Assembly (NCBI GenBank): GCA_019115745.1
Contig: DXDA01000019.1
Span: forward strand, 6,233-70,232
Source: Candidatus Alistipes intestinigallinarum
GTDB lineage: Bacteria > Bacteroidota > Bacteroidia > Bacteroidales > Rikenellaceae
Length of the DNA stretch: 64,000 nucleotides
Reading direction: 5' to 3'
The notes below the pieces were generated by a model that searched no databases, had not been told where the DNA came from, and saw only the letters and a list, made by a program, of their open reading frames with translations. Shown piece after piece: positions 28,943 through 37,153 of the stretch; positions within the stretch are counted from its first letter, which is position 1, and every line of letters begins with the position of its first letter. The position numbers and the translations under genes were made by a program.

Positions 28943-30784
28943 ATGAAACGACTGTTTTTTCATACATGCACCGTCGTGGCGCTGCTTCTTTCCGGCGCCT
29001 GCAACGACGATCCGACCTCCGGCGACGAGGAGGCACAGACCCGGATCGACATTTCGTTCACCTGCGAAGGAAGCTCCGGCGACGGATTGTGGACCCAGCA
29101 GGAGATCCACTTCACGAACACCTCGCAAATTACAGGCAGCAGTGCCGCCGCCTTCGAATGGGATTTCGGATTCCAGGGTGTCGGCAGCACCTCCACGGAG
29201 GAAAATCCCACGGTGGTCTTCACCTCGGCCGGAGAGAAGACCGTGACGCTGACCGTCACGGCCGCCGACGGCACCAAGGTGTCGGGGTCGCAGAAAATCA
29301 CCCTGCAACGGACCAACGGACTCCCCGAAGCCTCCTTCACGCATGATCCCGAAGCTCCGAGCATCGGGGACGAGGTCACCTTCACCGACACCTCGGTCGA
29401 CAGCGACGGAGAGATCGTCTCCTGGGCCTGGGATTTCGGTGACGGCAACCGGTCGGAACTTCAAAGCCCCGTACACACCTATACTGCATCGGGCAGCTAC
29501 ACCGTGACGCTGACCGTCACCGACAACGACGGCGGCGAGGACACCGCCACCCTGAATCTCGCGGTCAGCGAAGCTCCCGAAGCGGAACTGGCCTGGAGTA
29601 CGCTCATTGCCGAAGCCGGGCAGATCAACCACGGAGCCGCCGCACTGGGCAGCAGCCACCTCTACGCCGCAACCACGGCGGGCGAGCTGGTCGCCGTCAA
29701 CCTCACGACGCACCAGATCGACTGGCGCTTCGACCTGACCAAAGACGGCGCCGCCCTGGGCGATCCGATGAATACGCCGTCGGTCGACAGCGACGGGACG
29801 GTCTACTACGCCGTCGGGAAATCGAGCGCCGCCTTCGTCTACGCCATCGACGGGACGACGGGAAGCCAAAAGTGGAAATACACGATCGGCAGTTCGGGGG
29901 TTCGTGTCGAATACAACTATCCGCTCATCTCGGATCAGGACTACATCGTGATCGGAAACCGCGGAACCAACGGCAGCATCATCGTACTGAGCAAATCCGA
30001 CGGTTCGGAACGGTTCCGCGGAGCGCCCGCCGGCGGCGTGGGAGGATGTCTGGCCCTGGCACAAGACGGGACCATCCTGTCCTGCTCCACGGGAACGAAT
30101 GCCTTCACGCTGTCGAGCTTCCTGAACGGCTCCTGGACGATCTGCAACACCCCGCTCAACCTCTGGTACGGGAACTATGCCAACGGCGTACAACCCGCCA
30201 TCGACCGTTCGGGGCGTGTCTATCTTGCCGTCCAGAACCAACAGACGGGCGGCGGCTCGGTCGGCTGTTTCGACCTGTCGAAGTTTGACGGCAGCACGCA
30301 ACTGCAACCCGAATGGCAGGTGGACTGCGATGCCCAGATCAAGTACAGCGGTTGTGTCCTGGGTCCCGACAACCGGGTTTATGTCGTCTCGCAGCAAGAC
30401 AGCGGCATCGGAGAGAAGGCCGGCGAGCTGCTCGCCATCCACAACGACGGCACACTGCTCTGGAGTTGGCCCACGGAGTCGAAGATCCTCTGCGTCCCGG
30501 CCGTAGACAATGCCGGGAACATCCATCTCGCGGATCAGGAAGCCGGAAACTACATCATCATCTCTCCCGAAGGGGAAATCCTCTTCAAAGAGCAGTGCTG
30601 CGCCAAATCGCACACTTCACCGGTGATCGGCGACGACGGCATGGTCTACCTGCTCGGCGAGCAGACCAAGGGTGGAGCCTGCTACGTCTATGCCTACAAA
30701 CTGAAATCCGCAACCGGGCCCGCCGATACCGACTGGCCGCAATACGGACAGAATGCCCGGCATACGGGACTTCAACTGCCGTAG
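28943..30784 (+). CDS. Lipoprotein with two PKD domains and a PQQ-like/BamB-type beta-propeller (paralog 2)
   Basis: ATG 28943 (MKRLFF...LSGAC); WDFG twice; TPSVDSDGTVY and YAIDGTTGSQKW; collinear with paralog 1. Confidence 0.8.
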   Translation: MKRLFFHTCTVVALLLSGACNDDPTSGDEEAQTRIDISFTCEGSSGDGLWTQQEIHFTNTSQITGSSAAAFEWDFGFQGVGSTSTEENPTVVFTSAGEKTVTLTVTAADGTKVSGSQKITLQRTNGLPEASFTHDPEAPSIGDEVTFTDTSVDSDGEIVSWAWDFGDGNRSELQSPVHTYTASGSYTVTLTVTDNDGGEDTATLNLAVSEAPEAELAWSTLIAEAGQINHGAAALGSSHLYAATTAGELVAVNLTTHQIDWRFDLTKDGAALGDPMNTPSVDSDGTVYYAVGKSSAAFVYAIDGTTGSQKWKYTIGSSGVRVEYNYPLISDQDYIVIGNRGTNGSIIVLSKSDGSERFRGAPAGGVGGCLALAQDGTILSCSTGTNAFTLSSFLNGSWTICNTPLNLWYGNYANGVQPAIDRSGRVYLAVQNQQTGGGSVGCFDLSKFDGSTQLQPEWQVDCDAQIKYSGCVLGPDNRVYVVSQQDSGIGEKAGELLAIHNDGTLLWSWPTESKILCVPAVDNAGNIHLADQEAGNYIIISPEGEILFKEQCCAKSHTSPVIGDDGMVYLLGEQTKGGACYVYAYKLKSATGPADTDWPQYGQNARHTGLQLP

Positions 30785-30810
30785 GGCCTGCACGCGGAAC
30801 GATACAGAAG

Positions 30811-30846
30811 ACGCGGGGATGGAGATCGATCCGTCCCCGCGTTTCG
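30811..30846 (+). terminator. Hairpin closing the phosphodiester locus
   Basis: ACGCGGGGATGGA-loop-TCCGTCCCCGCGT followed by a short T run. Confidence 0.55.
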
Positions 30847-30957
30847 TATGCCCGTCCGAAAGCATCCGCGGAGGAGCCCGGATTGCCCGCCACAACAACA
30901 CGTTTTCGCCCGGCGCGTCCGAAATCATTCCGTGCGAAGGCTTTTGTAACCGTTTTG

Positions 30958-31012
30958 TTATCGAAAAACGATAAATATTTTTTGATATTCAAAGTTTGTT
31001 GTTATATTTGCG
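30958..31012 (+). promoter_or_regulatory. Promoter of the ABC operon with upstream palindrome TTATCG-N5-CGATAA
   Basis: Palindrome at 30958-30974, TTTG at 30981 and TATATTTG at 31003. Confidence 0.75.
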
Positions 31013-31042
31013 GTCGTAACGATCCGAAAACAAACATTCGAC

Positions 31043-31966
31043 ATGAAGGATTTACTCACGGTGGAGCACGTCACCAAACAATATGCCGCCCACACGGCTC
31101 TCAACGACGTTTCGCTCACCATTCCCGAAGGGTCGGTCTACGGGCTGCTCGGGCCCAACGGCGCCGGAAAAACCACCCTCATCCGCATCATCAACCGCAT
31201 CACCGCACCCGACAGCGGCCGCGTCCTCTTCGACGGACACGAAATTGCCCCCGAGGATGTCTACCGCATCGGCTACCTGCCCGAGGAGCGCGGACTCTAC
31301 AAGAAGATGAAGGTCGGCGAACAGGCCCTCTTCTTCGCCCGGCTGAAGGGGCTCTCGCGCCGCGATGCCATGGCCCGGCTGAAGGAGTGGTTCGAGAAGT
31401 TCGGAATCCAGAGCTGGTGGGACAAAAAGGTCGAGGAGCTCTCGAAGGGCATGGCCCAGAAGGTGCAGTTCATCGTCACGGTGCTGCACGAACCGCGCCT
31501 GCTGATCTTCGACGAACCCTTTTCGGGATTCGATCCCATCAACGCCAACCTCTTGAAAGAGGAGATTCTGGCCCTGCGCGACAAGGGCGCCACGGTGATC
31601 TTCTCGACGCACAACATGTCGTCGGTGGAGGAGATCTGCGACCACATCACGCTGATCAACAAATCGCGCAACATCCTTTCGGGGCGTGTCGACGACATCC
31701 GCCGCCGCCACGGCGCCAACATCTTCGAGGTGGCCTACCGCGGCGACGAAGAGGCTCTGCGGCGTGCCGTCGCGGGTCGCTGCGAGATTCTCGAAGGGGC
31801 GGCCGAGGAGTCCGTCTACCGGACCCTGAAGCTCCACGTTGCCAGTGACGACGAGGTGCGGGCCGTCATTGCGGCCGTGAACGAGGCGGTCGACCTGCGT
31901 TCGTTCCGCGAGATCATCCCCTCGATGAACGACATCTTCATCCGGGCCGTGAACGGACAACTTTAA
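31043..31966 (+). CDS. ABC transporter ATP-binding protein (NatA/YhaQ-like)
   Basis: GPNGAGKT Walker A, GYLPEERGLY, LSKGMAQ and IFDEPFSG. Confidence 0.95.
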   Translation: MKDLLTVEHVTKQYAAHTALNDVSLTIPEGSVYGLLGPNGAGKTTLIRIINRITAPDSGRVLFDGHEIAPEDVYRIGYLPEERGLYKKMKVGEQALFFARLKGLSRRDAMARLKEWFEKFGIQSWWDKKVEELSKGMAQKVQFIVTVLHEPRLLIFDEPFSGFDPINANLLKEEILALRDKGATVIFSTHNMSSVEEICDHITLINKSRNILSGRVDDIRRRHGANIFEVAYRGDEEALRRAVAGRCEILEGAAEESVYRTLKLHVASDDEVRAVIAAVNEAVDLRSFREIIPSMNDIFIRAVNGQL

Positions 31967-31979
31967 TTCGAAAAAAGCC

Positions 31980-33308
31980 ATGTCAAGATCCAACATACCC
32001 ATCATCATCCAGCGCGAATTCAACGAACGCGTACGCAAAAAATCCTTTATCATCAGCACGATCCTCACGCCCGTCCTGATGATCGCCCTGATGGCCGCCC
32101 CGGCCCTCATCATGGAGTTCTCGCGCGGCGAACAGAAGACGATCGCCGTGATCGACGAGAGCGGGCTCGTGGCCCCGCGGCTCGAAAGCGGCGAGGAGCT
32201 CCGCTTCGAAACCTCCAACCTCTCGACCGACGAGGCCCGCAAGGAGTTGACCGACCACTTCGGCGTACTCTACATCGGGCGGGACATCCTCGAAAACCCC
32301 TCGAACGTGCGGCTCTACGCCAATTCGTCGTCGTCGCTCTCCGTCGAGAGCAACATCACGGACCAGATCGAGAAGATCCTCGAAGCCGAGAAGCTCAAGG
32401 CCTACGACATCGAAAACCTCGACCGGATTCTCTCCGAAGTGAAGACTACGGTCACGCTGCAGACCTTCCGCAACGACAAGTCGCAGGAGGGGGATACGCA
32501 GGCCCAGTCCTCGACCGTGGCCACGGCCCTGGGCTACATCCTCGGATTTATCCTCTACATGTTCCTGCTGATCTACGGTTCGATGGTCATGCAGTCCGTG
32601 ATCGAGGAGAAGAACAACCGCGTGCTGGAGGTGATGGTCTCGTCCGTCAGGCCCTTCGACCTGATGCTCGGAAAGATTCTCGGCGTCGCGGCCGTCGCCG
32701 TGGTGCAGATCCTCATCTGGGGCGTGCTGATCGTTGCCGTGGGCGGATTCGTCCTGCCCCACCTCATGCCTGCCGATGCCATGGCCGGCGTTCAGGCCAT
32801 GCAGCAGGGTGTTCCCGACGCCGCCTCGATGAGCGGCATGGATCCCGAGATGCTGCAGGCCGTAGCCGCCATGACCGACCTGGGTTACATCCTCAAGATC
32901 TTCGGCTGTCTGCTGTTGTTCGTCTTCGGAGGCTACCTGCTCTATTCGGCGATGTTCGCCGCCGTGGGTTCGGCCGTCGACAACATTCAGGACGCCTCGC
33001 AACTGCAGATGCCCATCACGCTGCCGATCATCCTCGCCCTGCTGGCCATGCTGGCCGTCATCGAGGACCCCAATTCGCAGCTCTCGTTCTGGTTCTCGAT
33101 CATCCCCTTCACGTCGCCCGTCGTGATGATGGCGCGCATCCCCTACGACATCCCCTGGTGGGAGATCGGACTCTCGCTGGCGGTGCTCTACGCCTCGTTC
33201 GTGGGGATGGTCTGGCTGGCGGCCAAGATCTACCGCGTGGGCATCTTCATGTACGGCAAGAAACCCACCCTGAAGGAGCTCGCCAAGTGGGTGCGGTACA
33301 AATATTGA
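31980..33308 (+). CDS. ABC-2 type permease (NatB/YhaP-like)
   Basis: EEKNNRVLEV, GKILG and IPFTSP..M..R motifs; multiple TM segments. Confidence 0.92.
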   Translation: MSRSNIPIIIQREFNERVRKKSFIISTILTPVLMIALMAAPALIMEFSRGEQKTIAVIDESGLVAPRLESGEELRFETSNLSTDEARKELTDHFGVLYIGRDILENPSNVRLYANSSSSLSVESNITDQIEKILEAEKLKAYDIENLDRILSEVKTTVTLQTFRNDKSQEGDTQAQSSTVATALGYILGFILYMFLLIYGSMVMQSVIEEKNNRVLEVMVSSVRPFDLMLGKILGVAAVAVVQILIWGVLIVAVGGFVLPHLMPADAMAGVQAMQQGVPDAASMSGMDPEMLQAVAAMTDLGYILKIFGCLLLFVFGGYLLYSAMFAAVGSAVDNIQDASQLQMPITLPIILALLAMLAVIEDPNSQLSFWFSIIPFTSPVVMMARIPYDIPWWEIGLSLAVLYASFVGMVWLAAKIYRVGIFMYGKKPTLKELAKWVRYKY

Positions 33309-33315
33309 CACCGAT

Positions 33316-33356
33316 CTTCCGGAGCGGATTTGCCGCCCCGGAAGGTTTGTTTTTTG
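33316..33356 (+). terminator. Probable terminator after the ABC operon
   Basis: CTTCCGG...CCGGAAG stem followed by GTTTGTTTTTT. Confidence 0.6.
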
Positions 33357-33476
33357 CCGGAAGGAGATTTTTTCTGTTATTCGGATAACAGATTTACTGA
33401 AAATTTTTCGTAACTTTGTCCCCGATAGGGAATTCACGGAAAAAATTTCTACAAAATACTTAAATATCAAAGAGCT

Positions 33477-34739
33477 ATGATTTCGATCGACAACTACGAT
33501 TTCAAAGGCAAACGCGCGATCATCCGCGTGGATTTCAACGTGCCCCTGAACGAGAAGGGCGAAGTAACCGACGACACGCGCATCCGCGCCGCCATGCCCA
33601 CCATCAAGAAGGTGCTCTCCGAGGGCGGTTCGGTGATCCTCATGTCGCACATGGGTCGCCCGAAGAAGAACCCCGATCCGAAATACTCGCTGGAGCAGAT
33701 CATCCCGGCCATCGAGAAGAACCTGGGTACAAAGGTAGAATTTGCCGGTGACTGCATGGGCGAAAAAGCTGCCGAAATGTGCAAGAACATCAAACCCGGC
33801 GAAGTCGTTCTGCTCGAAAACCTGCGTTTCTACGCCGAAGAGGAAGGCAAACCCCGCGGTCTGGCCGAAGACGCCACCAAGGAGGAGAAGGATGCCGCCA
33901 AGAAGGCGCTGAAAGAGGGTCCGCAGAAGGAGTTCGTCCAGAAACTCGCTTCGTACGCCGACTGCTACATCAACGACGCCTTCGGAACGGCTCACCGCAA
34001 GCACGCTTCGACCTACCTGATCGCCAAGCACTTCCCCAACGACAAGATGTTCGGCTACCTGATGGAGAAGGAGGTCAAGGCCATCTCGTCGCTCATGGAG
34101 GCTCCGCAGCACCCGTTCTGCGCCATCATCGGCGGTTCGAAGGTCTCGACGAAGATCGGCGTGATCAAGTCGCTGATCGAAAAGGTTGACTCGATCGTCA
34201 TCGGCGGCGGTATGACCTACACGTTCGCCGCAGCCCAGGGCGGCAAGGTCGGCGGTTCGATCTGCGAGCCCGACATGTTCCCCGTTGCACTGGAGATCCT
34301 CGAACTGGCCAAGCAGAAGGGTGTACAGCTCGTGATGTCGCCCGACGCACTGATCGCCGACGCCTTCTCGGCCGACGCCAACACGTCGACGGCTCCGGCC
34401 AACAACATTCCCGACGGATGGGAGGGTGTCGACATCGCCGACGAAGGCAAGAAGATCTTCCGCGAGCACATCCTCGGCTGCAAGACGATCCTGTGGAACG
34501 GCCCGGTAGGCGTCTTCGAGATCGACAAGTTCGCTACCGGTTCGAAGGAGGTGGCCCTGGCCATCGCCGAGGCTACGAAGAAGGGTGCCTACTCGCTCAT
34601 CGGCGGTGGTGACTCGGTGGCCTGCATCAACAAGTTCGGGCTGGCCGACCAGGTATCCTACATATCGACCGGCGGCGGCGCCCTGCTCGAATACATCGAG
34701 TTCGGAACGCTGCCCGGCGTAGAGGCCATCCGCGAATAG
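33477..34739 (+). CDS. pgk: Phosphoglycerate kinase
   Basis: [44 protein letters not shown] and STGGGA; -7 element TAACTTTG at 33411. Confidence 0.98.
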   Translation: MISIDNYDFKGKRAIIRVDFNVPLNEKGEVTDDTRIRAAMPTIKKVLSEGGSVILMSHMGRPKKNPDPKYSLEQIIPAIEKNLGTKVEFAGDCMGEKAAEMCKNIKPGEVVLLENLRFYAEEEGKPRGLAEDATKEEKDAAKKALKEGPQKEFVQKLASYADCYINDAFGTAHRKHASTYLIAKHFPNDKMFGYLMEKEVKAISSLMEAPQHPFCAIIGGSKVSTKIGVIKSLIEKVDSIVIGGGMTYTFAAAQGGKVGGSICEPDMFPVALEILELAKQKGVQLVMSPDALIADAFSADANTSTAPANNIPDGWEGVDIADEGKKIFREHILGCKTILWNGPVGVFEIDKFATGSKEVALAIAEATKKGAYSLIGGGDSVACINKFGLADQVSYISTGGGALLEYIEFGTLPGVEAIRE

Positions 34740-34770
34740 GAGGCCCGGAATCGGAACAAGCAATCATCCC

Positions 34771-34812
34771 GAAGCGGAGATTTCCGGAGCTCCGGAGGTC
34801 TCCGCTTCTCTT
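34771..34812 (+). terminator. Hairpin between pgk and the M13 peptidase gene
   Basis: GAAGCGGAGATTTCCGG-AGCT-CCGGAGGTCTCCGCTTC with a weak U-tract. Confidence 0.5.
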
Positions 34813-34830
34813 CAAAAACCCGAACAACCC

Positions 34831-36867
34831 ATGAAACGTATCATCCTTTTAGCAGCAACCGCAGTCTGTATGGCAGCCTGTCAGAACAACAATACGAAAA
34901 CCCCGGCCATCGACCTGTCGAATTTCGACCTGTCGGTAGCCCCGAACGCCGACTTCTACCAGTATGCCACGGGCGGCTGGCAGAAGAACAACCCGCTGAA
35001 GCCCGAATTCTCGCGCTACGGCTCCTTCGACGTACTGCGCGAAAACAACGAAAAGCGCATCAACCAGCTCTTCCAGGAGATGACCCGGCTCGAAACCGCC
35101 CCGGGAAGCGTCGAGCAGAAGATTGCGGATCTCTACAAAATGGGGTTGGACTCCACGCGTCTGAATGCCGAGGGCGCCTCGCCGCTGGCCGCCGACCTGC
35201 AGCTCGTCGAGGGGCTGACCGACCGCAAGCAGCTTCCGGAGGTGCTGGCCAAGATCCACATGGCCCTGGCCAATCCCTTCTTCGGCATCGGCGTGATGGC
35301 CGACCTGATGGACAGCAACGTCAACACGCTCTACGTGGCCCAGTCGGGGCTCTCGATGGGCGACCGCGACTACTATGTCGACCCGGAGAACGCCTCGATC
35401 AAGGAGGCCTACAAAAACTACCTCGTGCAGCTCTTCACCCTCTGCGGATATGATGCCGAAGCAGCCGCACAGGCGGCCGCCGATGCCCTGGAGATCGAGG
35501 ATTCGCTGGCCGAGGTCTTCTTCTCGAACGTCGAGCAGCGCGACATCCCGGCCCAGTACAACCCGATGACGCGCGCGGAGTTCGCCAAGGCTTACGACGC
35601 AATCGACTGGGATGTCTATTTTGCCGGCATGGGGCTGGCTGACGCCGACCGCATGATCGTACAGCACAAGCGCGTCATGGAGCGCGTCAACGAACTCTTC
35701 AAGAGCCTCCCGCTGGAGAAGATCCGTCACTACCTGGCCGCCCAGATCATCGACGGCGGAGCCTCGTCGCTGAGCGACGACTTCCAGACCGCCTCGTTCG
35801 AGTTCTACGGCCGCACGATGTCGGGCCAGCAGGAGCAGAAACCCCGCTGGAAACGCGCCATGTCGGTGCCCAACGGACTGCTGGGCGAGGCCGTGGGTGA
35901 GATGTACGTGGCGAAGTATTTCCCCGAAAAGGACAAGCTGCGCATGATGGAACTGGTGAAGAACCTGCAGACGTCGCTCTCGCAGCACATTGCCGACCTC
36001 GACTGGATGTCGGACGCCACGAAGGCCAAGGCTCAGGAGAAGCTGAGCTCGTTTACCGTGAAGATCGGCTACCCGGACAAGTGGAAGGATTATTCGACGC
36101 TTGAGATCGATCCGACGAAGAGCTATTACGAAAACCTGCGCAACGCCGGGGTCTGGGCCACGAAGGACAACCTCGAAAAGTACGGCAAACCGGTCGACCG
36201 GGCCGAGTGGGGGATGACTCCGCAGACGGTGAACGCCTACTACAACCCGACGACGAACGAGATCTGCTTCCCGGCCGCCATTCTGCAGCCGCCGTTCTAC
36301 AATCCGGATGCCGACGATGCGGTGAACTACGGCGCCATCGGCGTGGTGATCGGCCACGAGATGACCCACGGGTTCGACGATCAGGGCCGCCAGTTCGACA
36401 AGGACGGCAACATGAACAACTGGTGGACCGAGGAGGATGCCGCCGCCTTCAAGGCCAAGACGGAGATGCTGGTCAAGCAGTTCGACGCCATCGAGGTGCT
36501 CCCGGCCAAGGATGGCCAGCCGGCGCTGCACGCCAACGGAGCACTGTGTCTGGGTGAGAACATCGCCGACCAGGGCGGTTTGCGGGTGGCTTATACGGCC
36601 TACCGGAACTCGCTGGCAGGCAAGGAGGCCCCGGCTCCGATCGACGGCTTCACCGATGCCCAGCGCTTCTACCTGGCTTACGCTACGCTCTGGGCCCAGA
36701 ACATCCGCGACGAGGAGATCGCGCGTCTGACGAAGCTCGACGTGCACTCGCTGGGCAAATGGCGCGTGAACGCCACGCTGCGCAACCTGCAGGACTTCTA
36801 CGACGCCTTCGGCATCACCGACGGCGAGATGTTCATGCCCGAAGAGGAGCGGGTGATTATCTGGTAA
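34831..36867 (+). CDS. pepO: M13 family metalloendopeptidase lipoprotein (PepO/neprilysin-like)
   Basis: VNAYY, FPAAILQPPF, GHEMTHGFD (HExxH) and GENIAD; lipobox MAAC. Confidence 0.93.
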   Translation: MKRIILLAATAVCMAACQNNNTKTPAIDLSNFDLSVAPNADFYQYATGGWQKNNPLKPEFSRYGSFDVLRENNEKRINQLFQEMTRLETAPGSVEQKIADLYKMGLDSTRLNAEGASPLAADLQLVEGLTDRKQLPEVLAKIHMALANPFFGIGVMADLMDSNVNTLYVAQSGLSMGDRDYYVDPENASIKEAYKNYLVQLFTLCGYDAEAAAQAAADALEIEDSLAEVFFSNVEQRDIPAQYNPMTRAEFAKAYDAIDWDVYFAGMGLADADRMIVQHKRVMERVNELFKSLPLEKIRHYLAAQIIDGGASSLSDDFQTASFEFYGRTMSGQQEQKPRWKRAMSVPNGLLGEAVGEMYVAKYFPEKDKLRMMELVKNLQTSLSQHIADLDWMSDATKAKAQEKLSSFTVKIGYPDKWKDYSTLEIDPTKSYYENLRNAGVWATKDNLEKYGKPVDRAEWGMTPQTVNAYYNPTTNEICFPAAILQPPFYNPDADDAVNYGAIGVVIGHEMTHGFDDQGRQFDKDGNMNNWWTEEDAAAFKAKTEMLVKQFDAIEVLPAKDGQPALHANGALCLGENIADQGGLRVAYTAYRNSLAGKEAPAPIDGFTDAQRFYLAYATLWAQNIRDEEIARLTKLDVHSLGKWRVNATLRNLQDFYDAFGITDGEMFMPEEERVIIW

Positions 36868-36915
36868 TCCGCCCGAAGAAAGAAGCGGGTCAGCCTTGCG
36901 GCAACCCCGTTCCGA

Positions 36916-36950
36916 AAAAAGCCGTCCGAACGAGTTTCGGACGGCTTTTT
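36916..36950. terminator. Bidirectional rho-independent terminator
   Basis: AAAAAGCCGTCCGAA-CGAGT-TTCGGACGGCTTTTT between convergent genes. Confidence 0.85.
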
Positions 36951-36981
36951 CATGGGCCGGAACCGGGAATCGGCCCGGAAG

Positions 36982-37130
36982 CAAGGGAAGGTCCCGGAGC
37001 CAAAAATCTCCTCCGAGAGCAGGAAAGGTGTCCGATACCGAGAGACAATCGGGTCCTAACCCAAGGGAGAGCCCCGGAGCCGAAAATCTCTTTCAAGAGC
37101 AAGGAAACCGCCCGATACCGAGAGACAATC
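36982..37130. repeat. Degenerate tandem duplication, two copies with an 80-bp period
   Basis: 36982-37050 and 37062-37130 share CAAGGGA, CCCGGAGCC, AAAATCTC and CCGATACCGAGAGACAATC. Confidence 0.8.
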
Positions 37131-37153
37131 CAGCAGCGGCAAAAGAATACGGT

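Noticed and set aside
27096-30784. PQQ-dependent dehydrogenases
   Set aside because: Only generic propeller blade motifs are visible, with no convincing quinoprotein active-site signature and no pqq genes.
36982-37130. Possible mini-CRISPR array
   Set aside because: Only two units, with similarity across the would-be spacer, and no cas genes.
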